Shown: positions 44,947 to 60,210 of the stretch, piece by piece
Layout of the letters: each line of letters begins with the position of its first letter
How positions within the stretch are numbered: position 1 is the first letter of the stretch
NCBI GenBank assembly: GCA_951406725.2
Contig: OX597821.1
Coordinates: 8,928,001-8,992,000 of the forward strand
Length of the DNA: 64,000 bases
Source: Octopus vulgaris
Lineage: Eukaryota
Direction: 5' to 3'
Program-made: the position numbers and the translations under genes
Notes under the pieces: model-generated
What the model saw: only the letters and a program-made list of their open reading frames with translations
Databases searched by the model: none
What the model was told of the DNA's origin: nothing

Positions 44947-45104
44947 CCTTCTATATAATAATAAATTAATTTTACTCTGCTATGTACTGAGTACCTTATT
45001 TACTATGGTTAACCCCGAATCAACCCGGGACCTACATATATATATATATATACACACATATACATACATACATACATACATACATACATACATACATACA
45101 TACA

Positions 45105-45136
<32 letters not shown>

Positions 45137-45310
45137 CACGTATATAGGGAGAATTTACAAAGAAACAAAACACGAAGACAGGTGGTATAGACAACAAACA
45201 GATGTCTTAGTTTAATGCTCGCGAAGTGAAAAATTCTTCAACGTTTCGAGCCTACGCTCTTCCAATGAAAGCAACAAGGAGAGAAAATAATGTGTAGTGG
45301 GTAGCAATGT

Positions 45311-45380
<70 letters not shown>

Positions 45381-45659
45381 TTATATATATTAAAATATTA
45401 TAATAATCCAGGTTTCTCGGAGCACTAGGCCACTTGGTGTTGAATAGATATACTATTAAATTAGTATCTAATTCTCTCACCCTTATTAATTAATTATAAT
45501 TATGCTGCATTTATTTCTAAATGCAGTATTTGTTTTCCGTGAAAGTTTGGCGCGCTGTTAGTTGGGGCATTTGAATTATAACGTCGGATGTAATCAATTG
45601 AACCACACGCGTATTTATCGTTATGGTAAAATCTGGCGTGTGATTGAGTGGATTTCATC

Positions 45660-45755
45660 CAGATAGTTTTGGCTGACGAGCTACAAGTGGATTTTTTTGT
45701 AAGTAAAATTACATTTAATTCATTAATAGCGAAACAATTGTCCCAAAATAATCTG
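45660..45755 (+). ncRNA. Type I hammerhead ribozyme, copy 1
   Basis: Stem I TTTTGG (45667-72)/CCAAAA (45743-48), extended by CAGAT/ATCTG; core CTGACGA (45673-79); long stem II GCTA...TAGC with inner TGTAA/TTACA hairpin; GAAA (45731-34); palindromic ACAATTGT stem III; GUC triplet with cut after 45742. Confidence 0.85.
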
Positions 45756-46194
45756 TATTTTTGTTATTTTTTATTTGCCCTGTTCGTGTGAGCTAACAAT
45801 CGTACTGACTTTCATGGGAAACATGTATTTTTGTGGTTGAAACCTTTTGGATTAACTGGTGCTAGAGTGAGCCATGTAGTGACCACTCTCTTATATTTAT
45901 TTTGTAAAAATATTATAATATATTATAAAATATTATAATAATCCAGGTTTCTCGGAGCACTAGGCCACTTGGTGTTGAATAGATATACTATTAAATTAGT
46001 ATCTAATTCTCTCACCCTTATTAATTAATTATAATTATGCTGCATTTATTTCTAAATGCAGTATTTGTTTTCCGTGAAAGTTTGGCGCGCTGTTAGTTGG
46101 GGCATTTGAATTATAACGTCGGATGTAATCAATTGAACCACACGCGTATTTATCGTTATGGTAAAATCTGGCGTGTGATTGAGTGGATTTCATC

Positions 46195-46290
46195 CAGATA
46201 GTTTTGGCTGACGAGCTACAAGTGGATTTTTTTGTAAGTAAAATTACATTTAATTCATTAATAGCGAAACAATTGTCCCAAAATAATCTG
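46195..46290 (+). ncRNA. Type I hammerhead ribozyme, copy 2
   Basis: Identical to copy 1: CTGACGA at 46208-14, GAAA at 46266-69, GUC with cut after 46277. Confidence 0.85.
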
Positions 46291-46459
46291 TATATTTGTT
46301 ATTTTTTATTTGCCCTGTCCGTGTGAGCTAACAATCGTACTGACTTTCATGGGAAACATGTATTTTTGTGGTTGAAACCTTTTGGATTAACTGGTGCTAG
46401 AGTGAGCCATATAGTGACCACTCTCTTATATTTATTTTATATTTATACATATATATATA

Positions 46460-46875
46460 GGCGCAGGAGTGGCTGTGTGGTAAGTAGCTTGCTTACCAAC
46501 CACATGGTTTCCGGTTCAGTCCCACTGCGTAGCACCTTGGGCAAGTGTCTTCTACTATAGCCTCGGGCCGACCAAAGCCTTGTGAGTGGATTTGGTAGAC
46601 GGAAACTGAAAGAAGTCTGTCGTATATATAAATGTATATGTATGTGTGTGTGTGCGTGTATGTTTGTGTGTCTGTCCCCCTAGCATTGCTTGACAACCGA
46701 TGCTGGTGTGTTTACGTCCCCGTCACTTAGCGGTTCGGCAAAAGAGACCGATAGAATAAGTACTGGGCTTACAAAGAATAAGTCCCGGGGTCGAGTTGCT
46801 CGACCAAAGGTGGTGCTCCAGCATGGCCGCAGTCAACTGACTGAAACAAGTAAAAGATTAAAGAGTAAAAGAGTA
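46460..46875 (+). mobile_element. tRNA-derived SINE (same family as 14878-15268)
   Basis: Same head, body and AAGAGT tail. Confidence 0.9.
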
Positions 46876-47021
46876 TATATATATGTATGTGTGTGTGTGT
46901 GTATATATATATGTGTGTATACAACGTTTTTGTATTCGGTTTGAAAAATTCTTGATGAGAATTCGTGTGTGGAAACAATATTCGTTGTGCCTTATATTAA
47001 CACATTTACATGTTCATCTCT

Positions 47022-50086
<3,065 letters not shown>

Positions 50087-50419
50087 TTTTAGTGAACTGA
50101 ATAGATATCAAAGTAACTAGCTAATCGATTGTTTGTTTAATGTGATGGTTAAACAATCAATCGGATGTAGCGTGACGAGAAGTCACTAAGATACTAAAGG
50201 AGCTGCGAACAGCCATGAAATAACTTTACCTAACAAATATCCGATTGATTTTTAACCAGCACATTAAACGAACAATCGGTTATTTAGTTGTTAGGTATTT
50301 AACCAATTTTTTAACAGTAAAGAAGTGGAATTGAATCTGCGCGTATGTCATTATTGTTGACTTAATGACTCACCCAAGTCACAACAATATATATGTATGT
50401 ATATGTGTGTTTTTGTATA

Positions 50420-51080
50420 CGAGGTTGTATCATAAGGTTCCAGGACAAGTTATGATTAATAAAAATATCTACGTTTTAACATCATCTCCTTCGAAGTAGT
50501 CACCTTGCGCAGCACTTCACCGGTCCCAGCTTTCCTGCTATTTTCGGAATCCGGCTGCAAAATCGGAATCCAATTCTTCGCGCACCACAGATCTGATCGC
50601 TTTCACTAAATGTTCCCCCTCAAATGCTTCAAAACGTCGCTATAGAACTCTCGATTGACTGTTTGGCCCTGGAGGACGAATTCTCGATGCAAAATACCAC
50701 ATTTCGAGGGTGACGCTTGTGGTAAGTCTTCCAGTTAGCTCATCGTTTTCCAGGAAAGTTCTTCCGCTTTTTAAGTGTCGAAAGACTGCATGCAACCCAT
50801 TGCTTCATTGCCATAGCCTTGCTGAGGCATGCTGAATGTCTCTATAACAGACTTCCCAAGTTCAACGCAAAATTTCACTTTGGTTCCTTCTTCCTGTCCA
50901 TTACAAAATCACAGACTACAGTATACACGTGATCACAAAAAACAAATTTCATAACTTGCGAAGCAAACAGCGATGTCACTCGTCATACTGCTTCATGAAG
51001 CTCACTGCTAGCCCTCACTGTGTGCTACCATCTGCTGGCGTGCTACAGTACTCGTCCGGGAACGTTTTGGTACCACCCCG
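50420..51080 (-). mobile_element. Internally deleted mariner element
   Basis: TA-flanked imperfect TIRs (CGAGGTTGTATCATAAGGTTCCAGGAC / GTCCGGGAACGTTTTGGTACCACCCCG). Minus-strand remnants: VKFCVELGKS, EFVLQGQTVNREFY, and C-terminal AQGDYFEGD. Confidence 0.85.
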
Positions 51081-51680
51081 TATGCATTGATATCAAAAAC
51101 CGAAAGGACAACACTGAATAATTTCAGGATTAAAATTATTTGTTTCACATTGAATGAAATAGTAATAGTTAATTGTTATGAAGTTGTAGACCATTCATTT
51201 TGTTTTGAATTGAGTGTAGATTTGAAAGAGGGAAGAGAAAAGAGAGAAATTCTGATAAAATACAGAGGCAAATAAACAGAGAAAAAAAGAATTGCAATGA
51301 CGACGAAAACACCACATACACGTTTATTACTCAACGAAACAGCTTGCGAAGACGCTTAGTGTCTCACTGATATTTGAGCCTTCGGCAAGTGTCCTCTATT
51401 ATAGCCCCGGGCCAACCAAAGCCTTGTGCGTGGATTTGATAGACGGAAATAGTATATGTATATATGTATACGTGTGTGTATCTTTGTGTCTGTGTTTGTC
51501 CCACACCACAGCTTGACAATCGGTTTTTGTGTGATTACATCCCCTTAACTTAGCGGCTGGGCGAAGACAGATAGAATAAGTACCAGGATTAAAAATAAAT
51601 ATTGGGATCGATTCATTCGAAGAAAAATTCTGCAAAGCGGTGCTCCAGCATGGCCTCAGTCAAATGATTGAAAAAAGTGA

Positions 51681-51714
<34 letters not shown>

Positions 51715-51721
51715 AATCATA

Positions 51722-52535
51722 CAGAGTGCGGTGAATAAACTCGTTTAAATTATGCAAAAGTGAAAATAACACTGACATCTCATTTTACCAGATATATTTA
51801 GTAAAATTATATAAAAATAATTTGAAATCCTAGAGTACATTTATTCAATACAATCGTCATTGGCTTCAACCACGCTGTCCAGACGACTTCGAAATCTCCT
51901 GTAACCCTTCTGGGGGGTCTCCATGTTTAAGTTGGTGTATGCTGCCATAAACCTTGCCCTCAGTTCATCTTTGGTGTTAGACATAATAATCAACGGAGTT
52001 GCAGTCTTAGGAGTTAGGTTGTGATGTAGTCGCAGAAATTGTCTTACAGTCATGATTGGTTTCTCCTGCTTGTGGGGCATAGTGCAGAGTCTTATTGCCA
52101 GACAAAAGGTTTCCAACAGCTACCCTCTTGAGCCAAGACAGAACTACCTGCTCCAAGAACTTGATGTAGGCCTCCGTCTTAAGTCTGAGGCCGCGTGGGA
52201 AGATGAATGGAGGCATAACGTCGCCATCACTACTGATCACTCCAAACACCATGATGTTGAATGGATGTTTGATTTTATCACTTTCGGTACATGTCCTTAG
52301 ATTGACATCCAGACAATCTGAAGCGATTGTATTGGAGCCTCCGGTGCAAATGCTAAGCACCACAGCCTGTCATTTCCAAAATTCTGGCAGAGTGAATTGC
52401 GTCATGGTGCTATTTTTCTCACAGATGCTGCCCAACTCACCCCACTACACTGCGTAGTCGGCAAAATCAAGAACAGAAAATCTGCGGGCGCGAAATTAAA
52501 ATATAGAATGGCGGCAAGTTACCCATCGCACCCTG
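51722..52535 (-). mobile_element. Internally deleted Tc1/mariner element (maT/DD37D-like)
   Basis: TA-flanked TIRs CAGAGTGCGGTGAATAA / TTACCCATCGCACCCTG; transposase remnants KHP.NIMVFGVISSDGDVMPPFIF...YIKFLEQVVL.W and NTKDELRAR...RFRSRL..VVEAN. Confidence 0.85.
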
Positions 52536-53155
52536 TATGTATACGAGTAAGCGACGGCAGCCGAAGCACCTATTCAGTAGATAATCTTTACTGATTTCTT
52601 ACGAAGGTGTTAAGTATTGTAGTTGCTTTAGAGTTGGTATCTAACACGAAAAAGAATACAAATAGCACGAAATGCGTTTACCAGTGCATAGGGAGCACTC
52701 TGAAATCTCCCTGCTTAGAGTGAGAATATTATTTTCTTCGTGTTATTAGATCAGTTCAAATATATCTCAAACATTTGATCTAAATGTTTACTTAAAATCT
52801 AGAAGACTGGCGAATGTTGCTAGTAAGAATCAATATCACATGTGTGAGGAAATTATGATATGTGTGAACCGAATATATTTATGCACGATGTTATTCTATT
52901 ATTGAAATTGAATTTTGTCCCAAGGCCAGCAGTTTCGGAGAGATGGGTTCGATTACATCGACCACCGTGCACAACTCATACTTATTTTATCGATTCTGAA
53001 ATAATGAAAAGCAAAGTCAACCTCAGCGGAATTTGAACTCAGGAGGTAAAATCGGACTAAATGCCGCTACGCATTGTGCTTTGCATGTTAACGATTCTGC
53101 CAGCTCACCACATTGTTTTATTCCTAATATTGAACATATAATATTTTACTCTCTG

Positions 53156-53460
53156 GAGGCGCAAAGGCCCAGTGGTTAGGGCAGCGGACTCGCGGTCGGA
53201 GGATCACGGTTTCGATTCCCAGACCGAGCGTTGTGTGTGTTTATTGAGCGAAAACACCTAAAGCTCCACGAGGCTCCGGCAAGGAGTGGTGGTGACCTCT
53301 GTTGTACTCTTTCGCCACAACTTACTCTCACTATCTCTTCCTGTTTCTTGAGTAACGCTGCGATGGACTGGCGTCCCCGTCCAGCTGGGAGAAACACATA
53401 CGCCACAGAAACCGGGAAACCGGGCCCATAAGCCTGGATAGGCTTGAAAAGGGCGCATAA
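53156..53460 (+). mobile_element. tRNA-Arg-like SINE, full length
   Basis: A/B boxes; 5' half shared with 10422-10726 but with a different 3' tail. Confidence 0.88.
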
Positions 53461-54587
53461 ATAATAAAAATATTTTACACTATGATAAGGCAGCGAGCTT
53501 GTAGAATCTTTAATACGCCACGCAAAATACTTAACGGCATTTCGTCAGTTTTTATGTCCTGAGTTCAAATTCAACCGCTGTCTTTCTATCTTTCATCATT
53601 TCGGAGTCGATAAAATAAGTACAAGAGGAGTACTGTGGTCCATGTAATCGACTTATTCCCGTCCCCAAATTTGCTGGTCTTGTGGTATAATTTGATATCA
53701 ATGTTTTATTCTGTGATCGAGTATAGCGTTAACATATTCGATTGCCAAAATTGCAATATTGACTACAAGTATATGTAATTCCTGCTATATATTGCTTCGT
53801 ATGTGGCACACTATTTGTTCAGTTCTGTTAAAGTGAGTCTTAAAAATATTACAAGTATTAGGTTAAAATTTTAAACATTACTGGCCGAAATTTCTTTCAC
53901 ATTGAAAATTTCCATTAACAGCTTAGTTAAATCCGAGAATGCTTGAATATTTTTTGTTAAATGTGGTCTTTATACTTTAGTATATATTTACATAATTTTC
54001 TATGGTACTTTAAAACCCACGGCGGTCTAAATCCTGTATTAAATAACTCGTTTAAAATTAACATTACTGACAAAAAGAGAAAAGTAAACTAAAAAATTCA
54101 CAGCTACATGTCTTTCAAGATACAATTCCATGCAGGTTGGATTTATAATTCTAAATGTCGTAATGTCATCAGGATCTAAAAATAAATAAATTTCAGCTTC
54201 ATGTGTAATTTAAGGGATGTAAACTTATTATTTATTTAGAAGCATTAGTTCAACCCTGCATTAATTGGGATTGGGTATTTGCGTATAAAATACCGTAGGC
54301 TCAGAAAAAGAATTTATTTTTTCTGCATTAAATTTAGTATAGAACTGAATGTTTGTAAAATGCTTGAAATTTTTAATGTAATTTTTTCAAATACAATTAT
54401 TATTATCACTACTTATTATCCAAATGATAAGATGACAGGTTTGGATATTTATTCTAGCCCTTTACATTTTGAGTTAAAATTCCGCCGAGGTCAACTTTGT
54501 CATCTATCCTTTCGGGGGTCGATAAATTAAGTAGCAGTTAATTGTCCCCTCCCTCAAATTTCAGGCCTTGTGCCTATATTAAAAAGG

Positions 54588-54778
54588 AATCTTCTTCTTC
54601 TTCTTCTTCTTCTTCTTCTTCTTCTTCTTCTTCTTCTTCTTCTTCTTCTTCTTCTTCTTCTCCTCCTCCTCCTCCTTCTTCTTCTTCTTCTTCTTCTTCT
54701 TCGTCGTCGTCGTCGTCGTCGTCGTCTTCTTCTTCTTCTTCTTCTTCTTCTCATTATTATCATTATTATTATTATTAA
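54588..54778. repeat. (TTC/TCC/TCG/TTA)n microsatellite
   Basis: Direct reading. Confidence 0.95.
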
Positions 54779-55299
54779 ATGAGAGAGAGCAGTGCATGTT
54801 ATAAAAGTGATACTGGGGTAAAATATACGAAACTCAGTATACCTATCATGACTACCTGTCTAGTAAGGGTACACCAGGAACATGCATCACAACCATATGT
54901 ACGGACCATGGTGATCTCATATCAGGATATGACCTTGCAGGTGAGGCCCAGTTAGAATTTTCGTCAGGTCGAATGGTCCATCTCACTCAAAAGATCCCTG
55001 AAGGATGTTGAACGAAAGATCCATGTTTCCAGTGGTGAATTATTCAAACCCCAAAGAATTCCTCTCAACACATGGCTATGATGCCCCCCATTGCTTCTGC
55101 TCGTGATCAGAGATGCACATACCGTCAGCCACTAAGGAACATGCTCAAGTGGTTAAAGTCAAACAACTGACAAGCAAAACTGTGGTATTGAGCAGAATAT
55201 TTGCTGTAGACCATATTTTATACCAAGACAAAACAATGTACATGATAACATTTCGAATCAGTTAAAATCAGAAGCCATGAGCTGGTACTGCATCAAGGC

Positions 55300-55301
<2 letters not shown>
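54779..55301. mobile_element. ~520-bp non-coding interspersed repeat embedded in a (TTA)n tract
   Basis: Complex sequence sharply bounded by (TTA)n on both sides; resembles a repeat I associate with octopus genomes (recognition only); no ORF. Confidence 0.45.
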
Positions 55302-55362
<61 letters not shown>

Positions 55363-56199
55363 CAAGATGACGAGATGACAAATTTGGACTTTTTTTCTAG
55401 CCCCTTACATTTTGAGTTCAAATTCCGCCGAGGTTGACTTTGCCTTTCACCATTTCAGAGTTGATAAAATGAAGTACTGGACAAGCCCTGGCATTATAAC
55501 TCTTCTCTCTACAATTGCTGGCCTTGTGCCAAAATTTGAAGCAATTATTATTATTGTTGTTTCTGTTGTTGTTTTGGTATTGCCAAAATAACCTATCTGA
55601 GAACTCATGTTTGTACTGTGTCTCGTTTTTAAGCTAACCAGCATCCTGAAAGGCAAGAGTTCAGGTCTGTTTTGGACCTTCGGGGCGGAATCTGTGGGTG
55701 TTCTTTTTTTTTCTGCAAGTCAGTAATTAAAAAAAAATAGAAAAGTAAAAAAAAACAAACCAAAGCATGGAATCTAATGACAACACGGGGGGAGAAAACC
55801 GCAAACATGATACTGCTCTTGCAGTTATAAAGCCAGTAAAATTCAGCACCGCTATCACCCTCACGGCTACCTTCACCAGCCCCCTCACCACCACCACCAC
55901 CAGTACTGCCGTTCATAAATGGCAGCGATAACAATAACAATAAATGAAAAATATATGTCGACAGTCCCGCCACTAATATCGCTGCCACCATTATTCACTC
56001 ATATTACCATGGCTAAAATGAATAACGGCGATAGCAACAACTACAATTACAACGATAAAGTTTAACAACATCAATACTGTAAATGAAAACGCTGAACATT
56101 AGAAAATTAGCAACGTATCCGCGAATTCTACTCGTACAACTACGGAGCCAAGACTCAGCGGTAATACAAACAAAATCTTTAATTCTCCAAACTTCAATT

Positions 56200-57689
56200 T
56201 CAGATGTTGTTCATGCATATGAAATTCCAAAGGATACTCAGTCTTATGAATTGAATCAGTGAAGACCAAATGAGAGTTGTGGTAGAAGTCAGAAGACACA
56301 GTGCTTTACGTGAGGTAGGCCTAAACAAAAGAATGTTTTCTCTCTTCGAGGAAGAACGGTGTAAAACCCCCAAGATGCCAACACCACATCCACATTTACA
56401 TCAGCAGCAACTGAAGTGGTAACAATAACAGAAACCCAAACCATAACCAGAGTAGCGAAAGACAACATCAAGTTCAAAAGAAGACGTCTTACATGAACGC
56501 TCCTAACGAAACAAACAAGAATGATTGGGCCATGTTTTTCCAGGTCAGTTGGTATACGTTCACTGATCACCCCTTCATTCTTCTCATTGACCTCACATCA
56601 AATGACGAGGCAAGATGACAACAATGGAAAACGTTTTGTCGTCAGAGGAACAAAAGAAAAAGAGAGAAAGACCGTCGTTTAATCACATTAAGGAAAAGGA
56701 ATAGCAGCATTAACAACAGCAGTCAAACACAACCGATCCAGCAACCACAACAAAACACACAATCATTCACTCAAATATTGAAACAGAACCAATAAAAGCA
56801 ACACATATGAAATGTACTAGTGGGATTTATAAATAGATGTGGCCCGAAAATAGGTGTGGCTTGGAAACAGGGACGCTTGGTCAATGATATCAGATCACTA
56901 GATATGAATGTGATGGTCATCAGGAAGAGCAGGATGCCCTGCACGCGCGCTTTGGCGGCCATTTTTGATGACTTTAAAATCTGCGCATCTCTGAACCTCA
57001 CTGGAATGGAAGACAGCATGGCAGTGCTGTTTCGAAAAGGCTTTATCGAGACACTGTCGGTCCTTGAAGTGAAATGGGTGCTTTCAAATTAGTAAATGTA
57101 TAGGCACCGACTGAGGCGGGGCAGGAAGATTCCTTCTGGGGCCTGGTGGGTTTTATAGGAACAGTTCTCATTTTAAAGCTGTCGCGACTGGATCGGATCC
57201 GGCTATCAGCTGAATCCATTTTGAAGAATGGCACGCCATCTTCTTTTGGCTGGGAAAGGAAGGGAATTTTTATTTGTTTAGTGGCTGTAGCGAAAGAGTT
57301 AGTATGATGGACCCGTTTGAAAGGGCTAAAGATAGACATTTTCCTCTTCGGAAGAAGAAGTTGATGGTGGAGAGGGAAGTGTTGTCTTGTAGCAAGTTTG
57401 TTGAAAGGCAGGTGAATGCTGGATGAATGGCCAATGTGAAAGGAGCCATTCTAAACGTGCACCTGTAAAAAAAGAAGAGCTCATGCACCGTTGTTCGGGC
57501 ACCCGTGGCTTTTGTGGGGTTTTTTCACGAGGACCTTAAAGCGCCTTCCCTATTGGCAGTTTAATTTGTTTTTAACTGTTGTTCATATTGGGTACACGCG
57601 AAAACCCATTTTATCGTCCTGTTTCTGTCTTTTATGTTGTTGCATGTCTTTTAATGTTTTGTTTGTGAGCCCTTATGGCCAATAAAAGA

Positions 57690-57690
<1 letters not shown>
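56200..57690 (+). mobile_element. Decayed, internally deleted L1/Tx1-like LINE
   Basis: ORF1-like RVVVEVRR..CFT (~56270-56310); APE endonuclease GRLVNDIRSL...AVLFRKG (ORF 56820-57092) and LVNV*APT; 3' end AATAAAAG followed by (TTA)n. Confidence 0.6.
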
Positions 57691-57757
<67 letters not shown>

Positions 57758-58590
57758 GGCGGCGAGCTGTCAGAATCGTTAGCATGCTGGGCGAAATGCT
57801 TAGTGGTATTTCGTCAGCCGCTACGTTCTGAGTTCAAATTCCGCCTTTCACCCTTTCGGGGTCGATTAAATAAGTACCAGTTACGCACTGTGGTCGATAT
57901 AATCGACTTAATCCGTTTGTCTGTCCTTGTTTGTCATCTCTGTGTTTAGCCCCTTGTGGGTAGGTATTTCGTCTGCCGCTATATTCTGAGTTCAAATTCC
58001 GCCGAGGTCGACTTTGCCTATCATTTTTTCGTGGTTGCTGAAATAAGTACCAGCTATGCACTGGAGTCGATATAATCGACTAGTCCCCTTTCCCAAAAAA
58101 ATTCAAGACCTTGTGCCTAGAGTAGAAATATCAATAAATATTATTATTAAGGTGGCGAGCTGGCAGAGTCGTTAGCAAGCCGAACAATTAGCGGTATTTC
58201 GTCCGTCCTTATGTTCTGATTTCAAATTCCGCCGAGATCGACTTTGCCTTTCATCCTTTCGGGGTCGATAGATTAAGAATCAGTGAAACACTGGTGTCGA
58301 TGCAATCTACTGGTCCCCTCGCCTAAATTTCAGGCTTTGTGCTTATATTGGAAATAATTATTAATATTTTTTAAGGCAGTGAGCTGGTGGAATCTTTAGC
58401 ACCCCGGGCAAAATGATTCGCAGCATTTCGTCCATCTTTTCGTACTGGGTTCAAATCCAGCTGATATCGACGTTGCCTTTCATCATTTTGCAGTCGATAA
58501 AATAAGTACCAGTTGAGTACTGGGGTCAATGTAATCGACTTATATCCTCAACGCCTCGAAATTGCTGGCTTTGCGCCAAAAGTTGAAACC
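57758..58590 (+). mobile_element. Tandem cluster of SINE copies (GGCGGCGAG family)
   Basis: Heads at ~57758, 58151 and 58375, separated by short TTA runs. Further copies at ~52920-53110 (minus), 53488-53700, 62740-63040 and 63310-63520. Confidence 0.88.
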
Positions 58591-59589
58591 ATTATTACTA
58601 GTATTACTTCATGTCTGTATTATATCTTATTACTTCACGAATCATCGAGATTGAAAACTTAAAAAATATATATAAAGAGGTACTTGAGAATCGAGAACTG
58701 TTGTTTGTTACACTAGAAAACATTAATCGTTTCAAAGACTGAAAATCACGTTCACACAATTTACACAAAATATTTGACAGGAGTTGTGATCAGCATGCAT
58801 ATTTCGCGAATCCTCATCTTTGTTTTTTCTTTTATTTTGAATGAAACGACTGGTGTAGTTAATGGAAAACAAGAAGAGGATTTAGTTCGGCGTTATCCAT
58901 TAGTTTTATTGTTGCTCTTTCATTGTAAATACTGGACTCAATTTCCTGTTTTCTAGATACCTGATACTGCAGAAGTAATTATTTCCAATCAAAGCTGGTA
59001 TGTGGCATATTGAAGAATTATCCTATCCTCTAGCTACCTAGTTCATTAATGAATCACTGTGATAAGCACTCTATAGTCGACAAATGGTGAAATTGTTATT
59101 CAATTCAGGTATCGACAAAAATACTTTCTGCGCTCGAACCTCGTAACATCTATACCGTCACAACACTCAGACAATTATACAAAAATGCATAAATAAAAAA
59201 AATCAAACAAAATATATAAATGGCTTCAATCCACGCTGCTGTTGATCATAGAGATAATATATGGAAATATATTATAATAATTAGAAATACCAACCAAAAT
59301 CCCACCCACGAGGTCGATCACTTCTTTTCATTAGAACAAGTTATACTTTATATATATACACACACAAACGTACACATATATACTCGCACAAGTGTATCCA
59401 CACACACATACACACACATGCAAACATAAAATGCACACACACGCACACATACGCGCGCGCACACATACGCGCGCGCACACACACACACGCAGGCACGCAA
59501 ACAAATCTGCATTTTGCGCTGTAGATAGTCAATTGAATATCAGTGATTTGAAGAGCTGCTTTTGTTCCACTTCCACAAGCATCATCTTT

Positions 59590-60121
59590 GTCTTTATACA
59601 TGCATGCATACATACACACATGCATACATACATACATACATATACATACATACACACATGCATACATACATACATGCATACATACATACATACATACATA
59701 CATACACACATAGATACATACATACATACACACATACATACATACATACATACATGCATACATACATACATGCATACATACATACATACATACATGCATA
59801 CATACATACATACATACATACATACACACATAGATACATACATACATACAATACATACATACATACATACATACAACATACATAATACATACATACATAC
59901 ATACATACATACATCATACATACATACATACTTACATACATGATACATACATACATACGTACATAGATACATACATATGCACACGCACACATACCCAAAC
60001 ACATGCATACACATATAAGAAGTCATACATATGTATACCTACATACGTAGACACATTCATACGCACATACATGCATACATGCATATATATATGTATATGT
60101 ATATATATATATGTGTGTGTG

Positions 60122-60170
<49 letters not shown>

Positions 60171-60210
60171 TCTGTTTGTATGTGCATGTATGTACGTATG
60201 TATGTATGAT
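59590..60210. repeat. (TACA)n/(TA)n compound microsatellite
   Basis: Direct reading. Similar TA/CA tracts at ~16200-17480, 18350-18970, 27345-27560, 38350-39500 and 43280-44256. Confidence 0.95.

Larger units (their letters stand above)
44257..44965. repeat. Near-perfect fold-back: ~290-bp inverted arms (44257-44547, 44674-44965) around an AC/GT microsatellite spacer
   Basis: The arms are reverse complements with only a few substitutions (e.g. GGACTGGAAC vs GTTCTAGTCC). Confidence 0.95.
45391..46438 (+). repeat. Head-to-tail tandem dimer, 535-bp period, one hammerhead per unit
   Basis: Units start at 45391 and 45926 (TAAAATATTATAATAATCCAGG). I counted three substitutions between the copies. 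Confidence 0.95.

Noticed and set aside
53156-53230. tRNA genes
   Set aside because: The tRNA-like segments are SINE heads that continue into multi-copy bodies and lack a proper acceptor stem.
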